Shown piece by piece: positions 27,053-40,236 of a stretch of 64,000 nt of DNA. How positions within the stretch are numbered: the stretch's first letter is position 1; the number at the start of each line of letters is the position of its first letter. The position numbers and the translations under genes are program-made. The notes below the pieces were generated by a model. The model made no database searches. It saw nothing but the letters and a program-made list of their open reading frames with translations, and was not told the origin of the DNA. This DNA comes from Octopus sinensis. Its lineage: Eukaryota. The DNA lies in NCBI RefSeq assembly GCF_006345805.1, contig NC_043010.1, positions 40,300,001 through 40,364,000 on the forward strand. The letters run 5' to 3'.

Positions 27053-27141
27053 GTACACACACACACACATATATATATGTATGCATGTATGTATGTATGT
27101 GTCTATGTATATGTATATATGTGTATGGATAAAGGTAGGTT

Positions 27142-27183
<42 letters not shown>

Positions 27184-27449
27184 CAATGTGTCTGTTTGTG
27201 TATTTGCCACTTGATTTGCTTCTCAACGCTAGAAAAGCTGATTACTTTGCACGGCCAAAAAGGGACCAATAGATCAACTGCCAAACGAAAAAGAAGCCAT
27301 GTATAAAACGAACAACTGCAAACTTCAAGGACATAATTCAGGATGGCCGCAGTCAGTGACTGCAAAAAAACAATACTGCTCATTCTATTTATCTCTGCCT
27401 GTATCCATTTCTCTCTCTCCCTCCCTCCCCCGTCTCCTCTCACTCAATA

Positions 27450-27452
27450 TAC

Positions 27453-27539
<87 letters not shown>

Positions 27540-27571
27540 CATCTATAATATATATATATTATATATATATA

Positions 27572-27601
<30 letters not shown>
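27450..27601. repeat. (TATC)n plus (TA)n microsatellite
   Basis: Read directly. Confidence 0.97.
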
Positions 27602-27602
<1 letters not shown>

Positions 27603-27649
27603 GCAATAATAATTCTCTAAATGAGATATAGACAGTAACTGCTCCATAA

Positions 27650-27887
27650 CATAAGGGACTAAAGCCATCTGAATATGGCTAGGGAGAGGGCAGGGTGGTG
27701 GGGGTGTTACTGTTGCATTTAGCCCCAGGCGAACATCAACGTCGCCAGATAGGCTTGACACCATGACGCCGTGATGGTGTCAAGCCTATCTGGCGACGTT
27801 GATGTTCGCCTGGGGCTAAATGCAACAGTAACACCCCCACCACCCTGCCCTGTCCCTAGCCATATTCAGATGGCTTAGTCCCTTATG
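27650..27887. repeat. Near-perfect palindrome, 115/114-bp arms and a 9-nt loop
   Basis: Arms 27650-27764 and 27774-27887 differ by one substitution and one indel. Confidence 0.97.
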
Positions 27888-27895
27888 GTATATAT

Positions 27896-27939
<44 letters not shown>

Positions 27940-28135
27940 AGGTCCCGGTTGAGTCGGGTTAACCACAGTAAATAAGGTACTCAATACGTAGCAGAGTAAA
28001 TTAATTTATTTTATAGAAGGAGCTTCTACAGGACTACAACTGCTTCATTCAAATGAATCATCAGGAAGCTTGCTGATGATTTCATTTTAAATGAAGCACT
28101 TCTAGTCCTGTAGAAGCTCCTTCTATAAAATAAAT
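27940..28135. mobile_element. Penelope-like terminal fragment with an inverted copy (fold-back)
   Basis: Perfect 33-bp outer arms at 28004-28036 and 28103-28135. Each inner arm has CTGATGA...GAAGC....., a hammerhead-like motif. The centre is aagctt. Confidence 0.6.
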
Positions 28136-28160
28136 ATATATATATATATATATTATATAT

Positions 28161-29309
28161 AATTAATCAATATAGGGTGGCAAAATAGTTTGTAGAATTT
28201 TTTGGCCACCAGCGGCCTAGTGGGAAAAAATTAAATAGTCATAGACCATTTTTAAGTTCAACATCACAATCAAGGAACGGCCATAATAGGCCATTCACCC
28301 ACTAGAAATAACAGCCAAAGCTTCAACCGCAAAATAACATTAATTCCGTAAACCAGGAGAAAATTAAAAAAACATTTACCCTGTAGTTTCTTATACGATG
28401 CACCGTTTCATCTACTGTTTAATGGTAAACTAACCTGATTAAATTAAATCAAACCAATCTTCCATAGGCCCTTAGAATCGTCAGTAAGAAATAGCCAGAT
28501 CGGAACAGATATTTTCACGAGGCATTTCTGTCCCTGCCTCGGCAATATCTGACCTAAAATTTTCAAATCAACGCACTCGCGCCAAATTTATCGGCAGCAA
28601 ATAAATATAAGCCGCCGATTCCATTACGGAATTAACCAGAAAATTCATAATTAATCAATATAGGGTGGCAAAAAATTTTGTAGAATTTTTTTGCCACCAG
28701 CGGCCTAGTGGGAAAAAATTAAATAGTCATAGACCATTTTTAAGTTCAACATCACAATCAAGGAACGGCCATAATAGGCCATTCACCCACTAGAAATAAC
28801 AGCCAAAGCTTCAACCGCAAAATAACATTAATTCCGTAAACCAGGAGATGATTAAAAAACATTTACCCTGTAATTTCTTATACGATGCACCGTTTCATCT
28901 ACTGTTTAATGGTAAACTAACCTGATTAAATTAAATCAAGCCAATCTTCCATAGGCCCTTAGAATCGTCAGTAAGAAATAGCCAGATCGGAACAGATATT
29001 TTCACGAGGCATTTCTGTCCCTGCCTCGGCAATATCTGACCTAAAATTTTCAAATCAACGCACTCGCGCTAAATTTGGCTATTTCTTGCTGACGATTCTA
29101 AGGGCCTATGGAAGATTGGCTTGATTTAATTTAATCAGGTTAGTTTACCATTAAACAGTAGATGAAACGGTGCATCGTATAAGAAATTACAGGGTAAATG
29201 TTTTTTAATTTTCTCCTGGTTTACGGAATTAATGTTATTTTGCGGTTGAAGCTTTGGCTGTTAGTTCTAGTGGGTGAATGGCCTATTATGGCCGTTCCTT
29301 GATTGTGAT
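28161..29309. repeat. 488-bp direct tandem duplication followed by a 234-bp inverted copy
   Basis: Unit 1 starts at 28161 and unit 2 at 28649 (to about 29075). 29076-29309 is the reverse complement of about 28750-28984. Copies are near-identical. Confidence 0.95.
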
Positions 29310-29323
29310 ATATATACATATAT

Positions 29324-29379
<56 letters not shown>

Positions 29380-29497
29380 TAGATAGATATATACATATAT
29401 ATATATATAAAGATAGATAGATAGATAGATATACATATATACATATACATATATATGCATATATATATATATATATATACATAAATAAATATATATA

Positions 29498-29531
<34 letters not shown>

Positions 29532-29900
29532 CCACATATATATAATATATGTGCATATGTATATCACTACATGAGAGACTATCGAGAGGGGGGTGATAGG
29601 GAGGAGGTAGTGCCTTAAAAGAACATTTTCCTGATGACTATGTTATCATTTATTTCACTTGCAAATCAGTTCTAATCATTCTTGCAAACTGAAGCAAATG
29701 GTACATTACTCTTTTACATTGTACTAATGATTATGTGTGTGTGTACGTGTAAAATACATAAATATATAAATACATATATACATGTAAACAAACGCATGCA
29801 TATATATATATACACACACGTGTATTCATATATGCATATACATACATACCTATATATATATATATATATATATACATACATACATACATACATACATACA

Positions 29901-29932
<32 letters not shown>

Positions 29933-30834
29933 CACATCCTATTCCAGAATCTATTCTTTTTTGTGTAACTTTTCTGCAGTAAAAAAAATGCGATATTGTT
30001 TATTGAAATACGCAGTTTTCCACTATTTTCCTCCCCCTCTTTCGCACACACACACACATACACACACACACATACACACACACACAGACGCACACACTCA
30101 GAAACGCACGCACTCACACTCGCAAACTTACACACATACCTTATATTTATTAGGGATTACTTTCAAAGAAACTTTCTCTCGTTCGCTACACACACACACA
30201 CAAAGTGTTAAAGTTACTAACATATGTTACTTTTACTTCAATAATTATAAAACATCACACATCTATTCACAAGAGGGACACATTAAGCAAAGCAATGAAC
30301 TTTCGTCACTTTTATTCCTAATTTTCCTACAGGCGTTAAACGACGTATGCTAAAGTGTTACAAGCTTCACCCCAAAACTGAAACCGGGTCGCTAACAGAA
30401 GTAATTAGACGCGTTTCATCTTGTTCTTCTGTTCTGCGGTCGCAACAGTTTTATCTCATTACAATTGTCTCTTTTCTCTCTCATAACTATCTTTTCACCA
30501 ACGAAATATATGCCTAATTTGACCTATGCTTGATATGCATTCATTCGCTTCTATGAAACGAATATAGCCTCGAATAACTAATTACTCTACCGCCTTCGGC
30601 GCTTTTCTATTTAATAACCATCTTTTGCTAATTATTATTCGGTATTATTATCAATACCGTTGGATGTACAATGTCGATAATTGTAAGAGAAACTTTATAG
30701 TTGTAGACTTTTCAACAATCTCGATATTTTATTATTCTATAGATGTGAAGCGGTGAGAGTTAGACAGACACAAAATAACGCTTCGAACGGTCTCTGGAGA
30801 ATTTTTCTGATTAAATTGCCTATACATTCAGAGA

Positions 30835-30904
<70 letters not shown>

Positions 30905-31110
30905 CAGACACATATACATGCAGAGAGGTTGGGACGCACCGTGCACATACACGCAGGCATATATACCTACCCATCCTACAGCACACACTTGTGTACACTC
31001 AGACCTGTATAACACACATATAGATGTACATGGATGTATACATATACATATACAAACATACGTACATATATGTATAAACATACCCAAAATATACACAAAC
31101 ACACACACAG

Positions 31111-31184
<74 letters not shown>

Positions 31185-31282
31185 AATGTATGTTTCTATA
31201 CTCAGAACGCTAATGTAGGTGGAGGAGCATGGGGAGAAGGAGAAGGAGGAGTGGTAAGAGGAGAGGAGGAAGAGGAGCGGAT

Positions 31283-31445
31283 TACTGGCAGAATCGTTAG
31301 CCCGTCAAACTTTCAATGTAGACTTAAATTTGTTCAAGGTCGATAGAATAGAAAAGTGGTAGCATTTGAGATCTGGGGACCGATGTAAACGAACCCACCC
31401 TCTCTCTGTGAATTTTCTGGTCTTGTGCCAAAATTAGAAATAATA
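31283..31445 (+). mobile_element. Degenerate SINE family B
   Basis: ctggcagaatcgttagc ... ggtcttgtgccaaaattagaaa. Confidence 0.55.
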
Positions 31446-32583
31446 TTTGAGAACTTAGTTTGAGATGTTATTTATTCATTTAATTAGGAGTCAATTGCAA
31501 GCTCGTTTTTTTTAAATTAAATTCATTTGGGTTTGTGAGCCTTAACAGGGATCAGGTCAATGAAACATTCGTTTGATTATATATTCGTAACTTCATTAAC
31601 CTCAAAAAAAATCCAATCCTGTTCAATGTCCGATCGTCCTACAAAAGGCTTCGCTCTATCCACCGCCTCCATTTCTTCACTTTTGTCTATCAAAATAATC
31701 AAATATCTCATTGACCTCTCATTGTCTTCTATTTGACCTCACAACTATAACGAATTTTTTTTTCTTTTCGCCCCCTCTTTTTACAATTGAGTTTCGAATG
31801 AATGAGTTAAGGACATCCAAACTCACATTCACTACTATTGATATTAATTTACTCTCCCCCACTTTTTTTCATCTTCTTCAGTTTCATCTGTACTAGCCTG
31901 TTTTCGTTACCATCACCGCTATTACCTTCACCAATACCACGACTTTCGCCACCACCATCATCAACATTACCACCATCACCTCCACCACTATTATCATAAT
32001 CATCATCAGTATCATTCAACTATGGACAGATTATTTGTAAAGAAAACAATTGTCTGTTAGTCAGTCAAATTTACCTGACTTCATTCCTACACCACATTAT
32101 CAGAACGGCCTCCTCCAAACATATTCCAAAACCAGTCACATTCTAGAGACCCCCACCTCCGCACATCGCCCACGTATATAAATTCGGTACCGGAAACGAA
32201 ACCAAACCGAAATTTCTGAGGACCACTTCATTTGTCCTCTTACACTAATCGGGGCCTCCGCGACTAAACTGGCGCGCCCATTGGCTGCCTGGTAAACAAG
32301 GTTACTCGAAACCCAACAGGGCCTGTGAAAAGAACGATTGAATACATAGATACGTACATGTATACACACACACACATACATACATACAACCATACATACA
32401 TACATAATACATATATACATGCATACACACAGGCATACATATATACACACATACATACATGCATACATACATATAATTAAAATTGCAATAAGGGTGAAAA
32501 AATTGAATATTAATTAATAACATCAATTTAAAACACCAAGTGGCCTAGCGTATAAAAAGACTGGGATACAGTAAACATTATTA

Positions 32584-32748
32584 ATACAAGTAATAAGAGA
32601 GGGACCACATGTGGTCATTCTAACGCTAGAAATAGATCCGCAAAGGGAATCCACCACTAAAGAATTATTCTTTAGTGGTGGATTCCTTTTGCGGATCTAT
32701 TTCTAGCGTTAGAGTGACCACATGTGGTCCCTCTCTTATTACTTGTAT
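32584..32748. repeat. Near-perfect palindrome, 82-bp arms and essentially no loop
   Basis: 32584-32665 versus 32667-32748 with two transition mismatches. Each arm contains the 14-bp palindrome gaccacatgtggtc. Confidence 0.97.
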
Positions 32749-33476
32749 ACATACATACATGCATACATACACACATACATGTATACATACATACACACAT
32801 GCATACATACATGCATACATACATATATAATACATATATATATACATACAGGCGTACATACATACATGCATACATATATACACACATACATACACAAATA
32901 CATATACACATACATACATACATACATACATACATACATACACACATACATACAGAAATACATACATACACACATGCATACATGCATACATACATAGAAA
33001 GTTTTTATTTTATACTACAAAGCCCGAAAATGAAGGGTTGGCTCTGCTCATCCAGTGGCTTCGTCTTTTATTAGCATTAGTAACTCGTCTTTTTGAATCA
33101 AACTTTCTTTACTATTTTATGTTTATTAGTATTCAATCTATTTGAATAAGATTACAAAAGTTTATCAAAAATTACTTAATTGTAGAATTTAGTTTCCGTT
33201 AGTGTTTGCTAACTATGAGTTTGTTGGTCATTACACAATTCTTGTTTTATCAATTAGTATTTAATTTATATTAGTTGATTTTTAAACTATTAATATTTGT
33301 ATTATTCATATCATATTAAATGGTGCGTTTAAGATATATATATATATACACGTTTTTGATTTATAATCCGAGTACAGGCATTTTGCTTGCATATTCCACA
33401 CAACGTTAAGGTACATTTTCTCAGACCCTTGGGCACCAACGGAAATTAGTAATTAATATATTTATATGAATTTTAA

Positions 33477-33840
33477 GGCGGCGAACTGACCGAATCATTA
33501 GCATGTTGGAGAAAGTGCTTAGTGGCATTTCGCCGGTCTTTACATTGTTTAAGTACCCGTCGAGCACAGGGGTCGATGTGACCGACCTATTCACCTCCCC
33601 AGAAATTGCTGGCCTTGTGCCAAAATTTGAAATCAGGGTATTATATGATCTAAGACGGTGAGCTGACTGAATCGTTAGGAACCCGGGCAAAACACCGCCA
33701 TTTCATGTTTAAATTCAGCCGCGATCGACTTTTCCTTTCATTCTTTTGATATCGATAAAATTAGTACCACTGGTACACTGGGTCGATGTAATTGAATTAT
33801 GCACTTCCCCGAAATTGCTGATCTTGTTCCAAGATATGAA
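33477..33840 (+). mobile_element. Two tandem SINE family B copies
   Basis: Heads aaggcggcgaactgaccgaatcattagc (33476) and agacggtgagctgactgaatcgttag (33652); both end in aaattgctg..cttgt.ccaa. Confidence 0.75.
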
Positions 33841-34675
33841 ACCAATGTATTCATATAATTTTATGAGCAGTGTTTTTTTTTTTCCTTTTATGCGTTATCG
33901 TCAACGAGTGCTGTTGATTTGTGATAGCATGTTTTTTTTTTAATATTTTATGAATTACTTAATATCTACTCAAACATAGTTGATGCAATGGTACTAATAT
34001 ATACTCTATGGGTTTCAGATAGCATTTGAATTTCTGACTGAGACCCACGCCCACAGCCAACCCTACACAAGCATATAATACCTGACCACAGACAATATAT
34101 GCACACATACACGACACGCATAAACAGAGGCAATTGTTTTCACCCACAAATATACACTATACACATACACAGTATTTAGTCAGAAACATACACACACACG
34201 CGCGCACACACCACATGAAGAAGAACACATCAACTGCTATAGACAACACACACACACACACATACACACATTACACACGTACACACACATATACGTCAAA
34301 CGCACTCCTCCCCATATACACACATACATACTCACACACACCGTTCTCACATACACACACACGATTGCGCACCTTATTTCGTTGGGATTACCATTATTAT
34401 CTCCCTATTATCAACCTCTTTTTTTTATTTTCTCCCCTACATTTACGCTATTTTGTTTCCAATCATCTTGCCATGTTGGACCTCTGAAATCTACAATAAT
34501 TCTCCGTTTGTTTTTTCCATTCTCTCCCCATTTTTTCGTCTTGTTCTTTTCTATCGAAAAGCGTAGACTAGAAACGTAAAAGTCTTTTCCATTTCTCCCG
34601 ATCGTTAAACTTTTACACTTCCTTCTTGTTCCTACAGATGTCTTCGTCTCTTGTTTTCCTGTAAATTTGAAGTAT

Positions 34676-34711
<36 letters not shown>

Positions 34712-34813
34712 TCACAAATACATACACACTCGCACAGAGTCAACAGAGACATATATATGTATTTGTGTGTATGTATACATACATGATGGTGAGCAAGTAT
34801 GTGTATCAGCACG

Positions 34814-34878
<65 letters not shown>

Positions 34879-35481
34879 CGCGCATGTGTGTGTGCGTGTG
34901 TGTGTGAGTGTGTGTGTGTGTTATCATATTCGTAATTGAAGTTATATACTCACACCTGACAGAAAATAAACACATTTTCGAACGAGACCAAAAACTCGAA
35001 CACACACTCATGCAAAAACGAAAATGAATCAACCAGTAGTGAACAGCAAGACACGAAAGCTAATAGCCTCAAGGGAAACTCTAGCCTATGGCAGTTCTCA
35101 AAAGAACTCTGTCTTTTTCTGATTCACAACTCGTAAATTTAACTAAATCCCCATGGAAATTTTTAGATATATTTCACTTTTTGTTCTCTTGTCATATCTT
35201 TGTCATTTCTGAAGAGACAAATACTTCTTCGACCACTGAGTGAAGTTGCTTTAGAGCTGGAAGCATCGTTAAGGCGCTGAGAAATAATGCTTTGTATTAT
35301 TACTTCTTAGGCTTTCGAAACTCAACCAAGGTCAACTTTTTGAATTCCATTTACCACAGGGATTCAGAAAATAAAGTAGCAGTCAAGTATTTGAGTTGTT
35401 GGTATAGACTTGGTCTAGATGTGAACGACTAGTCCCCACTACCACCAAATTTCAGGAACGTGTGTTTAGTAAAAAGGTTTA

Positions 35482-35543
35482 TTATTGTTGTTGTTGTCGT
35501 TTTTATCGTCGCCGTTGTTGTTGTTGTTATTGTTATTATTATT

Positions 35544-35625
<82 letters not shown>
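35482..35625. repeat. (TTG)n/(TTA)n microsatellite
   Basis: Read directly; source of the poly-I/L/Y/N ORFs. Confidence 0.97.
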
Positions 35626-35627
<2 letters not shown>

Positions 35628-36083
35628 TATTGCTGTTTTCTGCAAGTGTTCCACCCTTATTGCAACCACTATTTGTTCCACGTACTTCTCGAGATTTTTG
35701 CTCACTGTTCCCAGGGCTCCGGCAATTATTGGTACTACTGCTACCTTTTCATTGACCACCACTGCTTACCTTCTCAAGCTAACCTGTCGTATCTCTCGAC
35801 TTTTCTTTCTTCCTCATCACATACCTTGTGGTCAGCTGGGCATAATACATCTATGATCCAACATAGTTTGTTTTCTTTCTCAATTGAGACTATGTTCGGC
35901 TTCCAATTCTCAATCTCATGGTCGCGCTGAATCATGAAATTCCATAGGATCTTTGCATTTCTATTTTCGACAATGCCTTCAGGTTTGTGGTCGTACCAAA
36001 TTTTTGTTCTGTCAAGTCCATACTTGTTGCAAAGTGTCCAATGGACAAGTCTAGCTATATTGTCATGGTGTCTCTTATATTCC
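35626..36083 (-). mobile_element. R4/Dong-like non-LTR retrotransposon, RLE endonuclease fragment
   Basis: EYKRHHDNIARLVHWTLCNKYGL..WYDHKPEGIVEN..KILWNFMIQRDHEIENWKPNIV..IIDVLCPAD..VPIIAGALGTVSKNLEKY..LQKTA. Both ends abut (TTA)n. Confidence 0.88.
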
Positions 36084-36171
<88 letters not shown>

Positions 36172-36190
36172 GACAATTATTATTATTGTT
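36084..36190. repeat. (TTA)n microsatellite
   Basis: Read directly. Confidence 0.97.
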
Positions 36191-36299
36191 ACTGCTGTTG
36201 TAGTTGTTCTTCTTCTTTTACTTCTCAGAACGTTCGGTCTTGTTTGTTCTGGTAGATTCTCTGAGACTCAACAGCAGCCTACCACCAGAGGTCGCAAAC

Positions 36300-37310
36300 G
36301 GCGTTTTCCTGCACATTATAAGATTTGATACTTGGTTGTTAATTATCGTGGGGGACATTCAACATCCAAGTACCAATCTTGATATCCTAGCTGTTCCCAG
36401 CAGTTTTTTTTAGAGCTTGCTCTGCTCTCATATCAAATCCGATTTCTGTGATATATTTCTCTCGAACTTGGTTGTTAGTGCTCCGAGCGCCCCTTCAACT
36501 ACCGGAATGACAGACACTCTACTTATAGTCTACATTCTTGTAATTTCATCTTTTAGTAATCTGTATTTTACAATCTTTTCTAGTTCTTTGTCACTTATGC
36601 GTGCATCTCCAGGTATTTCAAAATTTATGATCTTAGTTTCCTTCTGTCCTTAATCTACCACAACAATATCTGATCTCCGAGCCTCGATTAGGGGGTCATA
36701 TTGGATTGTAAAATCCCACAGTATCTTACGTTCCTTATTCTCGGTGACGCCTTCTGGTTCATGTTCTTACCATTTCCGTACTCTCTTCAGGCCGTACTTT
36801 TCACATAGCTTCCAGTGAATGATCTTAGCCACGTTATCGTACTCCTTTTGTAGTGCTTTTGGGATTGCTGGCTACACTTACTCACAATACGTCAGGTTGT
36901 TTCGTTTCTGCTGCCACACGTTCCACAAAGGGGCGATTTGCTAGTCATATCTATTTGGATCTTGATGTAGTTAGTTCTCAGAGCTTGTCCCTGGGCGCTG
37001 CATATCAATGCCTCAGTGCATCCTTTCAGAATCACTTTTTCTTAGCCATCTCCAAGTGTTGATCTTGTCTTTTCCTTCGATTTCTCTGAAGTATTGTTCA
37101 TGCAGTGGTTTCTGTTTCCAGTCGTTTACTCTTTCTTCTTCATCTTGTTTCTTAAATGTTTGTGGGTGCTTCACATTTTCGGTAGGCATTATATTGTTAA
37201 TTCTAGCAGCGGCAAGCAAGGATTCACTCTGCTGTTTGATGTACTATCCCAAACTGTTCTTCTCATTGACAACACAGATTGTGCATCCTATGAGGCCTCT
37301 TCCCCCCCTG
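36300..37310 (-). mobile_element. Second R4/Dong-like element, 5'-truncated and decayed
   Basis: GGRGL..WKQKPLHEQYFRE..TWRWLRK..EALICAAQGQALRTNYIK..CGTC..DNVAKIIHWKLCEKYGL..KILWDFTIQYDPLIEARRSDIVVV..IPGD, with stops and frameshifts. Confidence 0.88.
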
Positions 37311-37497
37311 TTTCTAGGCACATACAAATTTGTAGGAAGAGGGCTAGTCGATAAACTGGTACTTATTTTATCGATCCTGAATGAGATGAAAGGCAAATTC
37401 CACCCCGGCGTAATTTGGACTCACAACTTAAAGAAGGTCGAAATGCTGCTAAACATTTTGTCCGGTGTGCTGAGGATTCTATCCGCTCTCCGCCTTA
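37311..37497 (-). mobile_element. SINE family B
   Basis: Reverse of aaggcggagagcggatagaatcctcagc..gagtccaaattacgccggggtggaatttgcctttcatctcattcaggatcgataaaataagtaccag. Confidence 0.75.
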
Positions 37498-38119
37498 ACG
37501 GGATCATATATTAGAATGATATTATGTGAGGGGTGTGACTTATACCTACATCAACGAATATATAATTAAGAGAGGGTCTATTTTTCACCGGATTTAGCGT
37601 TATTCAACTCGTGCAAGGGGAGACCACGTCCCATTGAATATTCTCCAATAGATATTTCAATTCCTCTAACGAGCTCAATCACTTATTCTTCACCTCAAAC
37701 GCACAGACTTCAAGAAATGTCAAGAAATTCGCACTTACAAATCAAGAATGCTGAATATAGAACGAGGCAGCTTAGGTACACTTCTATCGCATTAGCCATT
37801 CAGCTATGCATTTGTTGAATCTGGCAGCGCACCCGTTCAAATCACAAATACATCTTCCGTCAAATGAAACCCTACCGTTTTTAACGTTCAAGAACATATT
37901 GTGCAATATATTTATAGATATATGTGGTTCTAAAGCATTCGAGCTTACATCACAGATGAAGTGGGCCCAAGCAAAAACCACAACAATGGATTAAGCAGGG
38001 GGGCTGTTGCGCATGCTTTATTTCTAATTAGAAAACGCAATATTGAAATTATCACTACATAACTCTATAATATATACTAATATACTGTAATATATTGGTG
38101 TATTACAATTACATTACTA

Positions 38120-38256
38120 TCTGCCAACCAAATCGAAGGCTTTGGTCGGCCCGATGCTATAGTAGAAAACACTGGGCTAAGGTACCACGCAGTAGGACTG
38201 AACTCAGAACCATGTGGTTGAGAAGCAAGCTTCTTCCCACACAGCCACTCCTTCTA
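38120..38256 (-). mobile_element. SINE family A, diverged 5' portion
   Basis: ggctttggtcggcccgatgctatagtagaaaacac..gaaccatgtggttgagaagcaagc..cacacagccactcc. Confidence 0.8.
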
Positions 38257-38364
38257 CACTATAAAATTAATAAAATATTAATAGTATGATGGAAAGATCT
38301 GCCTCAAATAACCTCCTCAGAACTCCCTAGTTCTCCCTTTGGTATTATTAAAAACTCTAAGATG

Positions 38365-38775
38365 TTTCGTTTTTATGTAGACTGTTCGCGGATCTATTGC
38401 ATCTACAACGCATCCGCCCTCTCCGTACTCCTCTCTGGAGCAGAGACGTGAATCCTCTAGAAGACCCTGGCAAAAAACACACATCAGCCCGCAACCTCCC
38501 GCCTCATTGTATTCCACAGCATGTGCTGGTACGAAAATGTCCTACACCCCCTGCCAGATCATCCTATCGGAGCCTTACTTCTCTTCGATGCAGCACTGCG
38601 GACTGGGAAAAGCCCTGTAACAGGTGCCGCACGAGATGGTTGAACGTGATTAAGGAAGGTCTCATGGTTCTCGACGTCACCTTAGAGGCTGCAGAAGGTC
38701 TGACACGGGCCCACCAGCAATACCGGATAAAGGTGGGCCCGGTCGGCTCCTATGTCCGACGGGACCTGTAGAACA
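38365..38775 (+). mobile_element. RTE-clade LINE, 3' fragment
   Basis: IYNASALSVLLSGAET (IYxAxVxSxLLYGxETW motif) and RWLNVIKEGLMVLDVTLEAAEGLTR. Homologous to 1335-1700. Confidence 0.8.
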
Positions 38776-39364
38776 GAAAGAAAGAGAATAGAGTAATATC
38801 AACAAACCATTCTTTGACTTTCGTACCTGGTTTTGCTGATATTTTTACAATAAAGCTGACATTTGCAAGAAGTATACGCGTTGATTACTTTGAGGCCTGT
38901 AATCCCAAAATTCAATATGGCTAACGAAAGGAGTAAATTAGGAATGACAACGCGTTGAAAGACACTCGTCTTCTCTAGTGAGATGTAGCAGGACTCTAAA
39001 TCTTACAGGGAAAATGTAATATGTCTGTAGATCTGAATCCTGTGGTGATTGACATTTGACAGGCAGTTTCAAACCAATCTGTATTTCAAGTTCATTTAGC
39101 ACTTACAATTTGCAATCTAGTATTTAAGGTTCACCTTTTTTCACAAAGTTAGCAATATAAGTGAAAGGAAAGGAATGCAACAAGAAAGCTTTGATCTGAG
39201 GGAAAGATTTGGGCACTGAGTTAACTCCCCTTTGTTTGCTTTATTCTGATCTGATCTGTACCACTGTCTGGATTATTCATTTAGGATAAACATTGTAATT
39301 TATAATCTAAATTATATTCATATTTATAATTAATATTGTACACGCACACACACAAACACCTCCC

Positions 39365-39419
<55 letters not shown>

Positions 39420-39741
39420 AACATATTGGTTGCTTCTGTATACAGTATATCGATTTCCGCATTGATCAAACATGAAGCATAAATATCCATCGAACTAAGT
39501 GAGGCTTTTCAATATAAGATCGTTTGATGTAGTCTGTCCTGCTATGCGAACTTTCAACCCTTTTATATTGACAGTGCTATCTCTTTCTGACGTAAGCTAA
39601 TCTGTGAAATAACTTTTAAATGTATAAAGGTAGATGACAGACAGAGAAATTCCATTCAATTCTACGCACGAAAGGAGAGCTTGGATCAAAAGCAAACGAC
39701 TGAATTATGGAGTTATCTAACCAATTATTAATTTGAAGGCT

Positions 39742-39791
<50 letters not shown>

Positions 39792-40059
39792 ATGTATATA
39801 TATATGTGTGTGTGTGTGTATGTATATATGTATATATATATATATGTGGAAAGAGAGAGAGAGAGATGAAGGGAGAGAGAGAAAGATCAGACAGATAGAG
39901 ACAGAGACAAATATGTATGTATGTTTATGTATAATCACGTATATTATGTATATAAATATGATATGTGCTTGTGCGTGTATTTGTGTGTGTATACAGAAAC
40001 AAACAGAAACACTACACTGCTGGATAAATTTATACTCACACATCCACACACACACTCAT

Positions 40060-40112
<53 letters not shown>

Positions 40113-40187
40113 TATATATCAAATATGTATAAATGCATACATATATACATACATTCAAACATACATACACACACATATGTACGTATA

Positions 40188-40236
<49 letters not shown>

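Noticed and set aside
28161-29075. CRISPR-like or satellite array
   Set aside because: Only two 488-bp units, with no short repeat-spacer structure and no cas genes, in a eukaryotic context.
35460-36328. Poly-I, poly-L, poly-Y and poly-N ORFs
   Set aside because: Read-through of (TTA)n arrays joined to an R4-like fragment.
37008-37514. 168-aa plus-strand ORF
   Set aside because: Antisense to the R4/Dong-like remnant and a SINE.
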